Origin: Pseudomonadota bacterium
GTDB taxonomy: Bacteria; Pseudomonadota; Gammaproteobacteria; Beggiatoales; Beggiatoaceae
Direction: 5' to 3'
Assembly (NCBI GenBank): GCA_041161065.1
Contig: JBEAVE010000006.1
Coordinates: forward strand, 58,912-122,911
DNA length: 64,000 bases
The notes beneath the pieces are model-generated. The model had not been told where the DNA came from. It made no database searches and saw only the letters and a program-made list of their open reading frames with translations. Below are positions 1 through 10,418 of the stretch, one piece after another. Made by a program: the position numbers and the translations under genes. Every line of letters starts with the position of its first letter. The stretch's first letter is position 1.

Positions 1-40
1 CGGTTCTTGGCAAATGCAATAAATTTCCTCTATTTAAACT

Positions 41-952
41 TCATTCAAACTGCGCAAAAAGACGAGGAACTTTCGATAATTGCCAGTTTGAAATTGCCCA
101 TTGCAACAGGGTTTCAACTTTCTCATGAAATAAGTCGATCGGCGGGGTTTGTCCCAAATAAAGCAACACTTGAAATAAAGCGGGAAGCGGATTGTGTTTA
201 TCGACGGGTTTGGCGAAGGTTTGTTTGCTGAGCTTTTGTCCTGCTGAATTGGTGAGGATTGGCAAATGGGCGTAAGTGGGAGTTGGGTATTTCAAACAGC
301 GTTGCAAATAGATTTGTCGAGGCGTGGAATCCAACAAATCACAACCCCGAACAACTTCCGTAATGTTTTGCATGGCATCGTCGATAACAACCGCAAATTG
401 ATACGCGAACAACCCGTCTGCCCGTTTGATAACAAAATCCCCGACTTCGGTAGATAAATGTTGTTTGAAATTGCCTTGAATTAAATCGTGGAAAGCAAGG
501 GTTTGATCGGGGACTTTTAGTCGAATGGCGCGCGGGGTTTTTCCATTTGGCAGACCGTTTCGACACGTTCCCGTGTAAATCCCTTGATTTTGTTGAAGTT
601 CTTTACGACTGCACCCGCAAATAAACGTCTGTTCTGTGAGTGTTTGTAGGATATTGGCATACGCTTCGCGGCGAGAAGTTTGATAAAGCACCGCGCCGTC
701 CCAGTGCAATCCCAATGCGTCCAAAGTGAACAAAATATCGTCCGCCGCGCCGAGTTGATTGCGTGCTAAATCAAGGTCTTCCATGCGGACAAGCCATTCG
801 CCATGATGCGCGCGGGCTTGCAGAAAACTCCCCACCGCCGTCACCAATGATCCGATATGCAGCGATCCCGTTGGCGACGGTGCGAAACGTCCTCGATAGG
901 TTATTTGAGTTGGTACGACCACTTTTGATTGACGGCGGGGTTGCAATCCCAC
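41..952 (-). CDS. gluQ: glutamyl-Q tRNA(Asp) synthetase (truncated GluRS paralog)
   Basis: N-terminal class-I synthetase region YRGRFAPSPTGSLHIGSL. The ~300-aa length is typical of GluQRS, which lacks an anticodon-binding domain. The start is uncertain: the longest ORF overlaps the upstream lectin gene by 52 nt, and an in-frame GTG at 922 would shorten the overlap. Confidence 0.85.
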   Translation of the reverse strand: MGLQPRRQSKVVVPTQITYRGRFAPSPTGSLHIGSLVTAVGSFLQARAHHGEWLVRMEDLDLARNQLGAADDILFTLDALGLHWDGAVLYQTSRREAYANILQTLTEQTFICGCSRKELQQNQGIYTGTCRNGLPNGKTPRAIRLKVPDQTLAFHDLIQGNFKQHLSTEVGDFVIKRADGLFAYQFAVVIDDAMQNITEVVRGCDLLDSTPRQIYLQRCLKYPTPTYAHLPILTNSAGQKLSKQTFAKPVDKHNPLPALFQVLLYLGQTPPIDLFHEKVETLLQWAISNWQLSKVPRLFAQFE

Positions 953-1410
953 GTTTGAACGTTCATGCCGTTGCGATTCCAGTTGGGATCACCGCCCGGG
1001 ACATCTAAACATTTGCCGCCGCCATTCCGCAACCGTCCGCCATCGAGCGACCATTGTTGATTGGGTGCGCCGTTGCAATCCCACAGTTGAAGCGCGTTGC
1101 CGTTACGTTTCACATCGCCCGCCACATCTAAACATTTGCCGCCGGCATTTTTGAAACGTCCGCCTTCGTGTTTCCAACGTTGAAATTCGCTGCCGTTGCA
1201 ATCCCAAATTTGGACGCGAGTGCCGTTGTTTCGAGCCTGTGCGGGCGGCACTTCCAAACAACGCCCCGCTCCATTCACTAACATTTTGTATTCGTTCAAT
1301 TTATTTGTTAAAGTTTGTTGTAGGTTTTGCAATTTGTCGGCATCAGGCAAATCCGCCCACGCCGCGCTGCTCAACCCCAAGACAATGCCCACTAACCAAC
1401 GTTGTTTCAT
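901..1410 (-). CDS. secreted ricin-B-type (QxW)3 beta-trefoil lectin domain protein
   Basis: Signal peptide MKQRWLVGIVLGLSSAAWA. Three repeats of the form C-L-[DE]-V...Q-x-W-D-C-N...Q-x-W (QIWDCNGSEFQRW, QLWDCNGAPNQQW, QTWDCNPAVNQKW). An exact 20-nt repeat, acatctaaacatttgccgcc, occurs at 1001-1020 and 1124-1143. Confidence 0.8.
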   Translation of the reverse strand: MKQRWLVGIVLGLSSAAWADLPDADKLQNLQQTLTNKLNEYKMLVNGAGRCLEVPPAQARNNGTRVQIWDCNGSEFQRWKHEGGRFKNAGGKCLDVAGDVKRNGNALQLWDCNGAPNQQWSLDGGRLRNGGGKCLDVPGGDPNWNRNGMNVQTWDCNPAVNQKWSYQLK

Positions 1411-1477
1411 GATCTGACTCCGAAGTGTAATTGCGTTCAGCCATCATAGAGGATTTTACGCGATTTACAAATAGAAA

Positions 1478-1879
1478 TTATTGCATTAACCCGTGATGAA
1501 GATTGGGGATCAAATGGTATTCAAAGATTTCATTCCAGGCTTTTTCACAGTCGGGTGTCCAGTTTTCGCCGCAGCATTCTGCGAGGGTTTTGATGAAAAC
1601 GTGCTGAAAATTATGCAAATCGGCTTCCTTCAAATGCAACGCCGACAATTGTTTGCCAATTCTCATTAAATGGGGGTGGATAATTTCGGTATCGTCGGCT
1701 GTGCACGCCGCCACGCCAAATGTGCCGACCAATCGACGGCGACGCGGTTCATCGATCTCATCAAATAAGGCGCGATATTGGGGAAATTCCGTAAATAAAC
1801 GGCTGTAAAACAATTGCACCAACGGTTGGCGCGATTGCAACACATGATCCCACACTTTGCTTGCAAATAACGTGTTCAT
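1478..1879 (-). CDS. single-domain globin-fold protein (paralog 1, canonical proximal His position is Leu)
   Basis: 133 aa. FYSRLFTEFPQYRALF resembles the B/C-helix motif of bacterial globins. It aligns almost without gaps to the ORF at 2049-2456. The F-helix reads RIGKQLSALHL. Confidence 0.6.
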   Translation of the reverse strand: MNTLFASKVWDHVLQSRQPLVQLFYSRLFTEFPQYRALFDEIDEPRRRRLVGTFGVAACTADDTEIIHPHLMRIGKQLSALHLKEADLHNFQHVFIKTLAECCGENWTPDCEKAWNEIFEYHLIPNLHHGLMQ

Positions 1880-1996
1880 AAAATAACTCCTTGCGTTTAG
1901 TCATCAATAATAAAATTGAAATTAGTATTAACGGTTTTTTGTGTAAAATCAACTCGTTATTTAGCAAATTCTAAAGTACTAATGCCCAAATGCCAT

Positions 1997-2030
1997 AAAA
2001 AAACCCACTCCATCATTTGACAAAGTGGGC
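1997..2030 (-). terminator. rho-independent terminator downstream of globin paralog 2
   Basis: On the minus strand the stem is cccact/agtggg (plus-strand 2004-2009 and 2024-2029), followed by a T7 run (plus-strand A-run 1997-2003). It lies about 20 nt after the stop at 2049. Confidence 0.6.
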
Positions 2031-2048
2031 GTACAATCGCAAAACGTT

Positions 2049-2456
2049 CTAATGCGCGACCAACCCATGATGCATATAAGGAATGATATGTTGTTCAAAT
2101 ACGCCATTCCACGCTTTTTCGCATTCTGTCGTCCACTGATCTCCGCAACACTCTGCCAATACATCGACAAATACAGTTTGAAACCGATTCAAATCCTCAT
2201 CTTTCAAATGATAAGAAGTGTGTTTTGCACCCAATCTCATCATTTGTGGGTGCATGATTTCTGTTTCGTCAGAAACTCGCGCAACTAACGCCAACGTATC
2301 CACCATTTTCTTCATGTGTCGATCCAATGATTCGGGAAATAACCGCCGATAATCAGGATATAACGAAAACAACCGCTCATAAAAACGTCTAATAACTTCC
2401 TCATGACGTTCAACGCCCACATGATCCCACGTTCTTCCAATCAACTGCATATCCAT
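2049..2456 (-). CDS. single-domain globin (paralog 2, proximal His retained)
   Basis: 135 aa. Motifs are FYERLFSLYPDYRRLF and RLGAKHTSYHL, where the His aligns with the F8 His of the IAVKH motif in Vitreoscilla-type globins. The CCG..W..CEKAW block is shared with paralog 1. Confidence 0.65.
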   Translation of the reverse strand: MDMQLIGRTWDHVGVERHEEVIRRFYERLFSLYPDYRRLFPESLDRHMKKMVDTLALVARVSDETEIMHPQMMRLGAKHTSYHLKDEDLNRFQTVFVDVLAECCGDQWTTECEKAWNGVFEQHIIPYMHHGLVAH

Positions 2457-2818
2457 CGTTCTTTCTCCCAGAAATAAAAAGGTACAAACTTCATTGCATT
2501 CTAGTATGACCGAATTTCCACAAACTTCAAGCGGTCTTTATTAGCGCATTATTAAATGCTAATGCAAGGTTTTTACTAGATTATATTTAACATCAATGCT
2601 TTATATTGGTTTTTTTAATCCAAGATTTTTTTTCAAGCATCTATTTGATTTGCTAATTGTTTTAATGATCATACCCTAAATTTTCCCATTTCCTATAATA
2701 ACGTAAGGTTATCAATTGAAATACTTTATTGATAAATACCGATCAATTACAAAAGGAAAGTTGCGAACAAAGATAAATTTTGTAAGAATGCCATTTTTCT
2801 CAAAAGATTATCTTAAAA

Positions 2819-3553
2819 ATGCTATTTATTCCTCCTCCAAAATCATTAACCCGTTTAACAGGAAAAGCCATTGGTGATTTTCAAATGATTCGTGATGGCG
2901 ATCGGTTATTATTAGGGGTTTCTGGCGGTAAAGATTCACTTTCTTTATTGCACGTTTTAAGGCACTTTCAACAACGCGCGCCGATTCGATTTGAATTGGG
3001 AGCAATTACTGTTGATCCGTGCATTGAAGGCTTTGATCCTTCTTCTCTCAAAGACTATTTCAAAATGTTAGAAATTCCTTATTTCTATCGTTCACAACCC
3101 ATTGCTGAAGAAGCTAAAACTCGTTTGCAAGGCAATTCATTTTGTGCGTATTGTGCGCGAATGAAACGGGGAATTATGTACACTACTGCGCGCCAAGAAA
3201 ATTATAATGTTTTAGTATTAGCGCAACATTTAGATGATTTGGCAGAAAGTTTCTTTATGTCAGCGTTTTTTGGTGGGCGTTTGAAAACCATGAAAGCTCA
3301 TTACCAAATTGATGCGGGAGATTTGCGGGTTATTCGTCCATTTGTGTATGTGAGAGAACGACAAACCCTCGACTTTGCAAAAAATGCGCAATTACCGCTT
3401 ATTCAAGATTCGTGTCCTGCCTGTTTCAAAATGCCTTCTGAACGTGCCGCAATGAAAACATTATTGGCGCAACAAGAACGTCATTATCCCACTTTATTCA
3501 AAAGTTTATTACACGCGATGCGTCCGCTTTTAACAACGGAGAAGATTTTGTAA
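2819..3553 (+). CDS. ttcA: tRNA 2-thiocytidine biosynthesis protein TtcA (PP-loop ATPase)
   Basis: PP-loop LLLGVSGGKDSLSLL. Cys motifs CAYCARMKRG and SCPACF are typical of the TtcA family. Confidence 0.8.
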   Translation: MLFIPPPKSLTRLTGKAIGDFQMIRDGDRLLLGVSGGKDSLSLLHVLRHFQQRAPIRFELGAITVDPCIEGFDPSSLKDYFKMLEIPYFYRSQPIAEEAKTRLQGNSFCAYCARMKRGIMYTTARQENYNVLVLAQHLDDLAESFFMSAFFGGRLKTMKAHYQIDAGDLRVIRPFVYVRERQTLDFAKNAQLPLIQDSCPACFKMPSERAAMKTLLAQQERHYPTLFKSLLHAMRPLLTTEKIL

Positions 3554-3694
3554 TCAAAAATTGAGCAAAATTCTCTTTGTGGATTATTTCAGACAGGATA
3601 ATGCTTTCTTAAATCGCTAAAATCCGCTAAACTCAAAACATGATCAACCCTTGATCATGTTAGTAATTGAAATGATGATGATTTTGGAGAGTAT

Positions 3695-4459
3695 ATGAAA
3701 CAACAACCTTATTGCATTAAATTTCCTGCGTCTGATACTGAGCAACTTGAACAAGATGAAGCCTATTTTCATCTTAAAGAACGTCAGCAAGAAATTAAGC
3801 TCCGTTTTCATGATTATGGTGAAATCTACAAACGCCCTAATTTGTATGAGCAATTGTTTTATGATCGATTGAAATGCTCATCGCCCCAAAAAGCCAAAGA
3901 AATCCTCAGTCAAGTGTTGAGAAACAACCGTGTTGAAATGACTGAATTAAGAGTATTAGATTTAGGGGCTGGAAATGGTATGGTGGGAGAAATCCTCGAC
4001 GTGGCGAGAATGATCGGTGTGGACATTAGCAAAGAAGCCTATTTAGCGTGCGAGCGCGACCGCCCAGCTGCTTATGATGCGTATTATGTTGCGGATTTGT
4101 GTCATTTAGAAAATTCCTTGCAACATGAACTCTTAAATTGGCAATTAGATTGTTTGATTTGTATTGCGGCGTTGGGGTTTGGCGATATTCCAATTAAAGC
4201 CTTTGCAACGGCATTTAATTGCATTCAATCAGGCGGTTGGATTGTTTTCAATATTAAAGAAACTTTTTTGCAAGAAAGCGATGTCTCTGGCTTTTCAAGA
4301 TTGGTGAAACATCTTTTAACCACCGACATTTTAGAAATTCATCATTTAGAACGTTATCGTCATCGAATTTCGATTGATGGAAAACCATTGTTCTATTATA
4401 TGTTGGTGGGAAAGAAATCCTTTGATATTTCCTCTGATGTATTGCTTAATTTTGAATAG
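3695..4459 (+). CDS. class I SAM-dependent methyltransferase
   Basis: Motif I VLDLGAGNGMVGE. Length 254 aa. GGAGAG lies upstream of the ATG. Confidence 0.65.
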   Translation: MKQQPYCIKFPASDTEQLEQDEAYFHLKERQQEIKLRFHDYGEIYKRPNLYEQLFYDRLKCSSPQKAKEILSQVLRNNRVEMTELRVLDLGAGNGMVGEILDVARMIGVDISKEAYLACERDRPAAYDAYYVADLCHLENSLQHELLNWQLDCLICIAALGFGDIPIKAFATAFNCIQSGGWIVFNIKETFLQESDVSGFSRLVKHLLTTDILEIHHLERYRHRISIDGKPLFYYMLVGKKSFDISSDVLLNFE

Positions 4460-4688
4460 CAATTGGTAGCGTGTATAGTCACTTTCCTAAATAAATACGC
4501 CTTTCACTCATAGAAAGAGGAAATTGACTATATATGATTAAGAAAATTATCGTATTATGAAATAATGAATAAAGATTTTTTATTACGCAGTTGCACAAAA
4601 GAATTTGCTTTTTTTAAGGGCTTCAAATGCGTTATAATTCCCACGCCTTTTCTCAAAGCACTTAATTAACCCAAAGGGGATTGTTTCA

Positions 4689-6062
4689 ATGAAAAAATAC
4701 CATAAGAAAATACTTGTATTAACGCTGTGCGCAGCCCCGACGTGGGTTTTTGCAACCAACGGTATGAATTTAGAAGGTTTTGGCGCGACCGCACGCGGAA
4801 TGGGCGGCGCATCAATGGCTTACGACAACGGGCTCGCCGCTATGATGAACAATCCCTCCACCTTAGGATTTCTCGAAGAAGGCAAACAACGCGTCGATTT
4901 GGGATTGGGTTTTTTGGCTCCAAATGTCAAAAGTTCCATCGGCGGCATGAGCAGCAAATCCTCTGCCGATAAATTCTGGATGATGCCCGCAGGCATGGGC
5001 TGGGCGGCGAAACAAAACGGCTACACTTACGGGGTCGGGCTGTTTGCGCAGGGCGGCATGGGCACAGAATACGACAGCACACCGTTAGGGTTAGGCGCGG
5101 GCACGACCCGTTCGGAAGTCGGCGTGGGGCGTTTAATTTTCCCGTTGGTCTATGATCTTGATCCACAACTCAAACTCGGCGCATCGTTGGACGTAATTTG
5201 GGCGACAATGGATTTGCAAATGGCAATGACCGGACAAATGCTCGGGTCGATGATGCAGCGCGGCGCGGGAATGGCGATTGCCGCCCCGGGTGAAGCGACC
5301 GGTTCTTTAACCCAAGCGATGGGTTCAATGGGCATCAATCCAAGCTGGGCGCGTTTTGATTTCTCAAATAATAGCGATTTCCTCGGCGAAGCCAAAGGCG
5401 CGGGTTTAACGGGTAAATTAGGCGCAGTTTATCAAATCAACAAAGAACTCAGTTTAGGCGTAACCTATCATTTGAAAAGTTACATGAGTGATTTGAGCAC
5501 CAGCAATGCAAAATTAAGCATGAATGTGGGAGGAAATGTTCAAACATTAACGGGCGATTTGAAACTCAAAAACTTTGAATGGCCCGATACCTACGGCATT
5601 GGCATTTCTTATCGCCCAACCGACCGCTTAATGCTTGCCGCTGACATTAAACAAATTCGTTGGTCGAAAGTCATGGATAGTTTCAATATGGGATTCACTG
5701 CGTCAAATGCCGCTGAAAACGGACCATTTGCAGGTAAAACATTAGATGCCAAACTCTATCAAAATTGGGACGATCAAACCGTTTATTCTTTAGGTGCTTC
5801 TTATCGCTTAGATGATAAGTGGACAGCGCGCGTCGGGGCGAATCTGGCAAATAATCCTATCCCCAGTTCAACCCTTAATTTTCTTTTCCCCGCAACCATC
5901 AAAAATCATTACAGTGTGGGCGCAGGTTATGATCTGAGCAAAAACCAAAGCATTAACGCCGCGTTCATTTACGCACCAACGGTCGATCAAACCAGTGCAA
6001 GTGGCGTAACAACTTCACACAGTCAAATCAATTGGGAAATCATGTATTCTCAGCGTTTCTAA
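4689..6062 (+). CDS. outer-membrane transport protein, FadL/TodX/OmpP1 family
   Basis: Signal peptide. N-terminal hatch motif NLEGFGATARGMGGASMAYD..NNPSTLG. Alternating beta-strand pattern. C-terminal Phe. Confidence 0.8.
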   Translation: MKKYHKKILVLTLCAAPTWVFATNGMNLEGFGATARGMGGASMAYDNGLAAMMNNPSTLGFLEEGKQRVDLGLGFLAPNVKSSIGGMSSKSSADKFWMMPAGMGWAAKQNGYTYGVGLFAQGGMGTEYDSTPLGLGAGTTRSEVGVGRLIFPLVYDLDPQLKLGASLDVIWATMDLQMAMTGQMLGSMMQRGAGMAIAAPGEATGSLTQAMGSMGINPSWARFDFSNNSDFLGEAKGAGLTGKLGAVYQINKELSLGVTYHLKSYMSDLSTSNAKLSMNVGGNVQTLTGDLKLKNFEWPDTYGIGISYRPTDRLMLAADIKQIRWSKVMDSFNMGFTASNAAENGPFAGKTLDAKLYQNWDDQTVYSLGASYRLDDKWTARVGANLANNPIPSSTLNFLFPATIKNHYSVGAGYDLSKNQSINAAFIYAPTVDQTSASGVTTSHSQINWEIMYSQRF

Positions 6063-6095
6063 CGAATTTTCCCATTTTAAATCGCACACAAAGAA

Positions 6096-6135
6096 AAACC
6101 TTCTAAGTTTCTTAACCTAGAAGGTTTCTTTTGTT
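6096..6135 (+). terminator. rho-independent terminator after the FadL-like gene
   Basis: 10-bp stem aaaccttcta (6096-6105) / tagaaggttt (6118-6127), followed by a T-rich tract cttttgtttc. Confidence 0.6.
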
Positions 6136-6199
6136 TCAGTTCTTCAATTATCTAAGCGGCTTTAGATATAAAAAAAGCTGAATATGGTTATCTCAAACT

Positions 6200-6859
6200 T
6201 TATTTAAGTGATAAAGAACCACAGCGTTCTCCGCCTGTAATGTTGCTCACCGCGAGCGTTAGTTTAGTGTTAATTTTAGCGGTTTGCCAAAGGGTTTCTG
6301 GCACTTCACAACGATAGGTTTGTTCTGCATCAGGGTCTTTCAAATTGAGAAAGTGTTTAACTACCCGTTTTCCTTCCCTTTCACAACCAAACATTTCTCC
6401 CGTGCATTTTAATGTCACTTCACCCCATTGCACCTTTTTATCATTACCCACCATTGAAACGTTCCGTAGAAATCCCCAACGGTTCACGTCATATTGACAA
6501 GAAGAATCATAAATAGGTTCATTGCGAAATGTAGGTTGGCATTCTTGTTTTTCTTTGATAGAACCATCGGGTTGTTTTATTTGTTGAGTTGAGCAAGTTT
6601 CTCCCTCTTTAATTTGTTTTTGACTGCGCACTTTCATTGACTTTTTAATATTGTACGCATCGTTTGGCATTTCATTACACCATGTTTCTTGAGCACGGGC
6701 GGCTAAGTTTTCAATTTCAATGCGGGTTTCCCATTGGTGTCCTATAACAACAACACTCACATCATGTGTCCACCAAAGTACTCCACTTCCCGCCGCGGCT
6801 GCGCCTGTTAAAGCAACTAACCAACCTTTTTTAGATGTTTTAGGGGTTTCTGATGACAT
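6200..6859 (-). CDS. hypothetical membrane-anchored Cys-rich protein
   Basis: N-terminal hydrophobic anchor WLVALTGAAAAGSGVLWW followed by ~180 aa containing about 10 Cys. I recognise no family. Confidence 0.5.
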   Translation of the reverse strand: MSSETPKTSKKGWLVALTGAAAAGSGVLWWTHDVSVVVIGHQWETRIEIENLAARAQETWCNEMPNDAYNIKKSMKVRSQKQIKEGETCSTQQIKQPDGSIKEKQECQPTFRNEPIYDSSCQYDVNRWGFLRNVSMVGNDKKVQWGEVTLKCTGEMFGCEREGKRVVKHFLNLKDPDAEQTYRCEVPETLWQTAKINTKLTLAVSNITGGERCGSLSLK

Positions 6860-6880
6860 AATAAAAATCCTCCGATTGTT

Positions 6881-7489
6881 TTATAAATTAAGACCATTTC
6901 CCCAGCGCGCCAATAAATCATGAGAAACGTTTAAATGATCTAAAATCCGCGCCACCACAAAATCAACCAGTTCTTCTATCGTTTGGGGGTGATGATAAAA
7001 TGCTGGATTTGCAGGCATAATAACTGCGCCCGCTTTCGCCAGTTTAAGCATATTTTCTAATTGAATAAGGGATAAGGGTGTTTCACGATGCACTAAAATA
7101 AGTTTGCGCTGTTCCTTTAAGACGACATCGGCGGTTCTTTCAATTAAATTACGGCTTAAACCATTTGAAATGCTCGCCAATGTTCCGTTTGTGCACGGAC
7201 AAATTACAAAGGCTTTGGGGGGGTTACTTCCACTGGCAAAAGGGGCAGTCCATTGTTGGTGTCCAAAAACCCGTAGTTGTTCCTTTGAAATATTAAAATA
7301 TTCCACGAGTTTTTCATGTATTTCGTGCGGACGGGCAGAAAGCTGCAAATCGGTTTCACTATTGATCACCATCAAACCCGCTGGAGAAATCATTAAATCC
7401 ACCGATTCATGATATTTGAACAAACACGCCAGCAATCGTAATCCATATAAAGAACCCGACGCGCCAGTTATTGCCATTGCAAATCTCAT
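6881..7489 (-). CDS. ubiX: flavin prenyltransferase UbiX
   Basis: MAITGASGSLYGLRLL N-terminus, ~200-aa flavoprotein, CPCTNGTLA region. Confidence 0.9.
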   Translation of the reverse strand: MRFAMAITGASGSLYGLRLLACLFKYHESVDLMISPAGLMVINSETDLQLSARPHEIHEKLVEYFNISKEQLRVFGHQQWTAPFASGSNPPKAFVICPCTNGTLASISNGLSRNLIERTADVVLKEQRKLILVHRETPLSLIQLENMLKLAKAGAVIMPANPAFYHHPQTIEELVDFVVARILDHLNVSHDLLARWGNGLNL

Positions 7490-7629
7490 TTATTTATCTC
7501 AACTATTGAAAAGTACAAATATCCACAGGGATTATTTTACGTTATTTTTTGAAAGTCCACGCGGTCGCGGGCAAAATTTATGATCAAGCCCGCATGAGTA
7601 AAAAATGATAATAATCTTTTATCCTGCTA

Positions 7630-7658
7630 TTGATTTGGTATGGGATTGTCTTTATAAT
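7630..7658 (+). promoter_or_regulatory. candidate sigma70 promoter of the atp operon
   Basis: TTGATT (7630-7635), a 17-nt spacer, then TATAAT (7653-7658). It lies 31 nt upstream of the atpI start. Confidence 0.5.
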
Positions 7659-7688
7659 CGCCGCTTTACCGCATAGCAGCAAAATGCA

Positions 7689-8896
<1,208 letters not shown>

Positions 8897-8973
8897 AAAC
8901 AGTCTTTTATTGGTTGTAAATTTGTTCGTTGTTGTTGTTATTTTTTACTTTTCTTTATCTAGGAGACGCTTAA

Positions 8974-9270
8974 ATGGCTTTAGACGCTCAAACAGCTAGC
9001 GCGGTGGCTAGCATTTATTCCTCAACTGCCATCGGTGCAAGCATCATTTTGGCATTGGCTGGGATCGGTTCCGCATTGGGGTGGGGTTTGATTTGTGCGA
9101 AATATCTCGAAGGGATTGCCCGCCAACCCGAGTTACGCGCCCAATTAATGGGACAAATGCTCTTTACGGGTGGTTTAATGGAAGCGTTCCCGATGATCGT
9201 ATTAGGTTTGTCGATGTGGTTTGTGACAGCTAATCCGTTTGTCAGTGCATTTTTGGCTGGCTTGAAATAA
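8974..9270 (+). CDS. atpE: F0F1 ATP synthase subunit c
   Basis: Hairpin proteolipid with loop ARQPE and carboxylate in GGLMEAFPMIVLG. At 98 aa it is longer than the E. coli subunit. Confidence 0.9.
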   Translation: MALDAQTASAVASIYSSTAIGASIILALAGIGSALGWGLICAKYLEGIARQPELRAQLMGQMLFTGGLMEAFPMIVLGLSMWFVTANPFVSAFLAGLK

Positions 9271-9319
9271 TTTTCATTAAACCGCAGTCGTTTCTACAAC
9301 CTACGGAGAATCACGACAG

Positions 9320-9790
9320 GTGAGTATTACAGCTACCCTTTTGGGGCAAATGCTAACGTTCGCAGTGTTGGTGTGGTTTATTAACCAATATTTGTGGAGT
9401 CCGCTAATCCAAGTTATGTCCGACCGCAGCAAGCGCATTGCTGAAGGGTTGAGTGCGTCGGAGCGGGGCAAACACGAATTGGAATTAGCCGAAAAACGCG
9501 CCGCCGAACGTCTGCGTGAAGCCAAACAACAAGCGGCAGACATCATTGCGCGTGCTAATAAACGGGCAACAGAAATTGTCGAAGAAGCCAAAGAAACTGG
9601 TCACGCCGAAGGGCAACGCCAACTCGATGCCGCCCGCATGGAAATCGCCCAAGAAACCAATCGTGCCAAAGAACAATTGCGCACGCAATTAGGCGAATTA
9701 GTCGTTGTCGGGGTCGAGAAAATTCTGGAACGCGAAGTGGACATTAACACCCACAGCGATTTCGTCGCAACCTTAGCAAAGAAACTGTAG
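9320..9790 (+). CDS. atpF: F0F1 ATP synthase subunit b
   Basis: Single N-terminal TM segment followed by a long charged helix. Operon position fits. Confidence 0.9.
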   Translation: MSITATLLGQMLTFAVLVWFINQYLWSPLIQVMSDRSKRIAEGLSASERGKHELELAEKRAAERLREAKQQAADIIARANKRATEIVEEAKETGHAEGQRQLDAARMEIAQETNRAKEQLRTQLGELVVVGVEKILEREVDINTHSDFVATLAKKL

Positions 9791-9799
9791 GCGGCTATC

Positions 9800-10348
9800 A
9801 TGGCAGAACTTGCAACACTTGCTCGTCCTTACGCTGAAGCGGTTTTTCAACTGGCGGTCAAAGCGGACAATCTTGCGCAATGGTCAGCATTGCTCGATTT
9901 TTTAAGCAACACGGTGCAAGACCCCCAAATGGTTGCCTTAACCGCTAATCCTAGCGTCGATAAAGCAACCGTCGCCAACTTTCTATGCGAACTTTGCGCC
10001 GCACAGCCTTCTTTGGCTTTTGATGAACAAGGCAAAAATTTTATCCATCTGCTAACTGCAAATCACCGATTGGCAGTTATCCCACCCCTTTTCAAACAAT
10101 TTGAAACGCACCGAGCCGCTCACGAAAACTACTTGAAAATCAGTTTAGTATCGGCATACGAGGTTTCCCCAGAACAAGAAGCGAGCATCGAAGCTATGCT
10201 CGAAAAACGTTTTGGTAAAAAAACAGAACTCGATATTTCTGTCGACCAAAGTTTGATTGGCGGTTGGGTGGTGCGTACCGATAACCAAGTCATCGATATG
10301 TCGGTGCGCGGGCGGCTTCAACAATTAGCAGCCGAATTGCACGGTTAG
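9800..10348 (+). CDS. atpH: F0F1 ATP synthase subunit delta
   Basis: ARPYAEAVF N-terminus and OSCP-like length. Operon position fits. Confidence 0.9.
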   Translation: MAELATLARPYAEAVFQLAVKADNLAQWSALLDFLSNTVQDPQMVALTANPSVDKATVANFLCELCAAQPSLAFDEQGKNFIHLLTANHRLAVIPPLFKQFETHRAAHENYLKISLVSAYEVSPEQEASIEAMLEKRFGKKTELDISVDQSLIGGWVVRTDNQVIDMSVRGRLQQLAAELHG

Positions 10349-10418
10349 GGGTAAAACACCCCAATTGCCTGCGGTCAAAACCGTCGGCAAGTCCCTATAA
10401 CAAGGCTTTTGAGAGATT

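Noticed and set aside
1880-2818. FNR/CRP-type sites near the globin genes, and an 8-bp inverted repeat ttatcaat-N11-attgataa (about 2711-2737) upstream of ttcA.
   Set aside because: Only half-site matches to TTGAT-N4-ATCAA occur (for example TTGATtttaCACAA on the minus strand upstream of globin 1). The perfect inverted repeat has the wrong polarity and spacing for FNR. These are too weak to call without a PWM scan.
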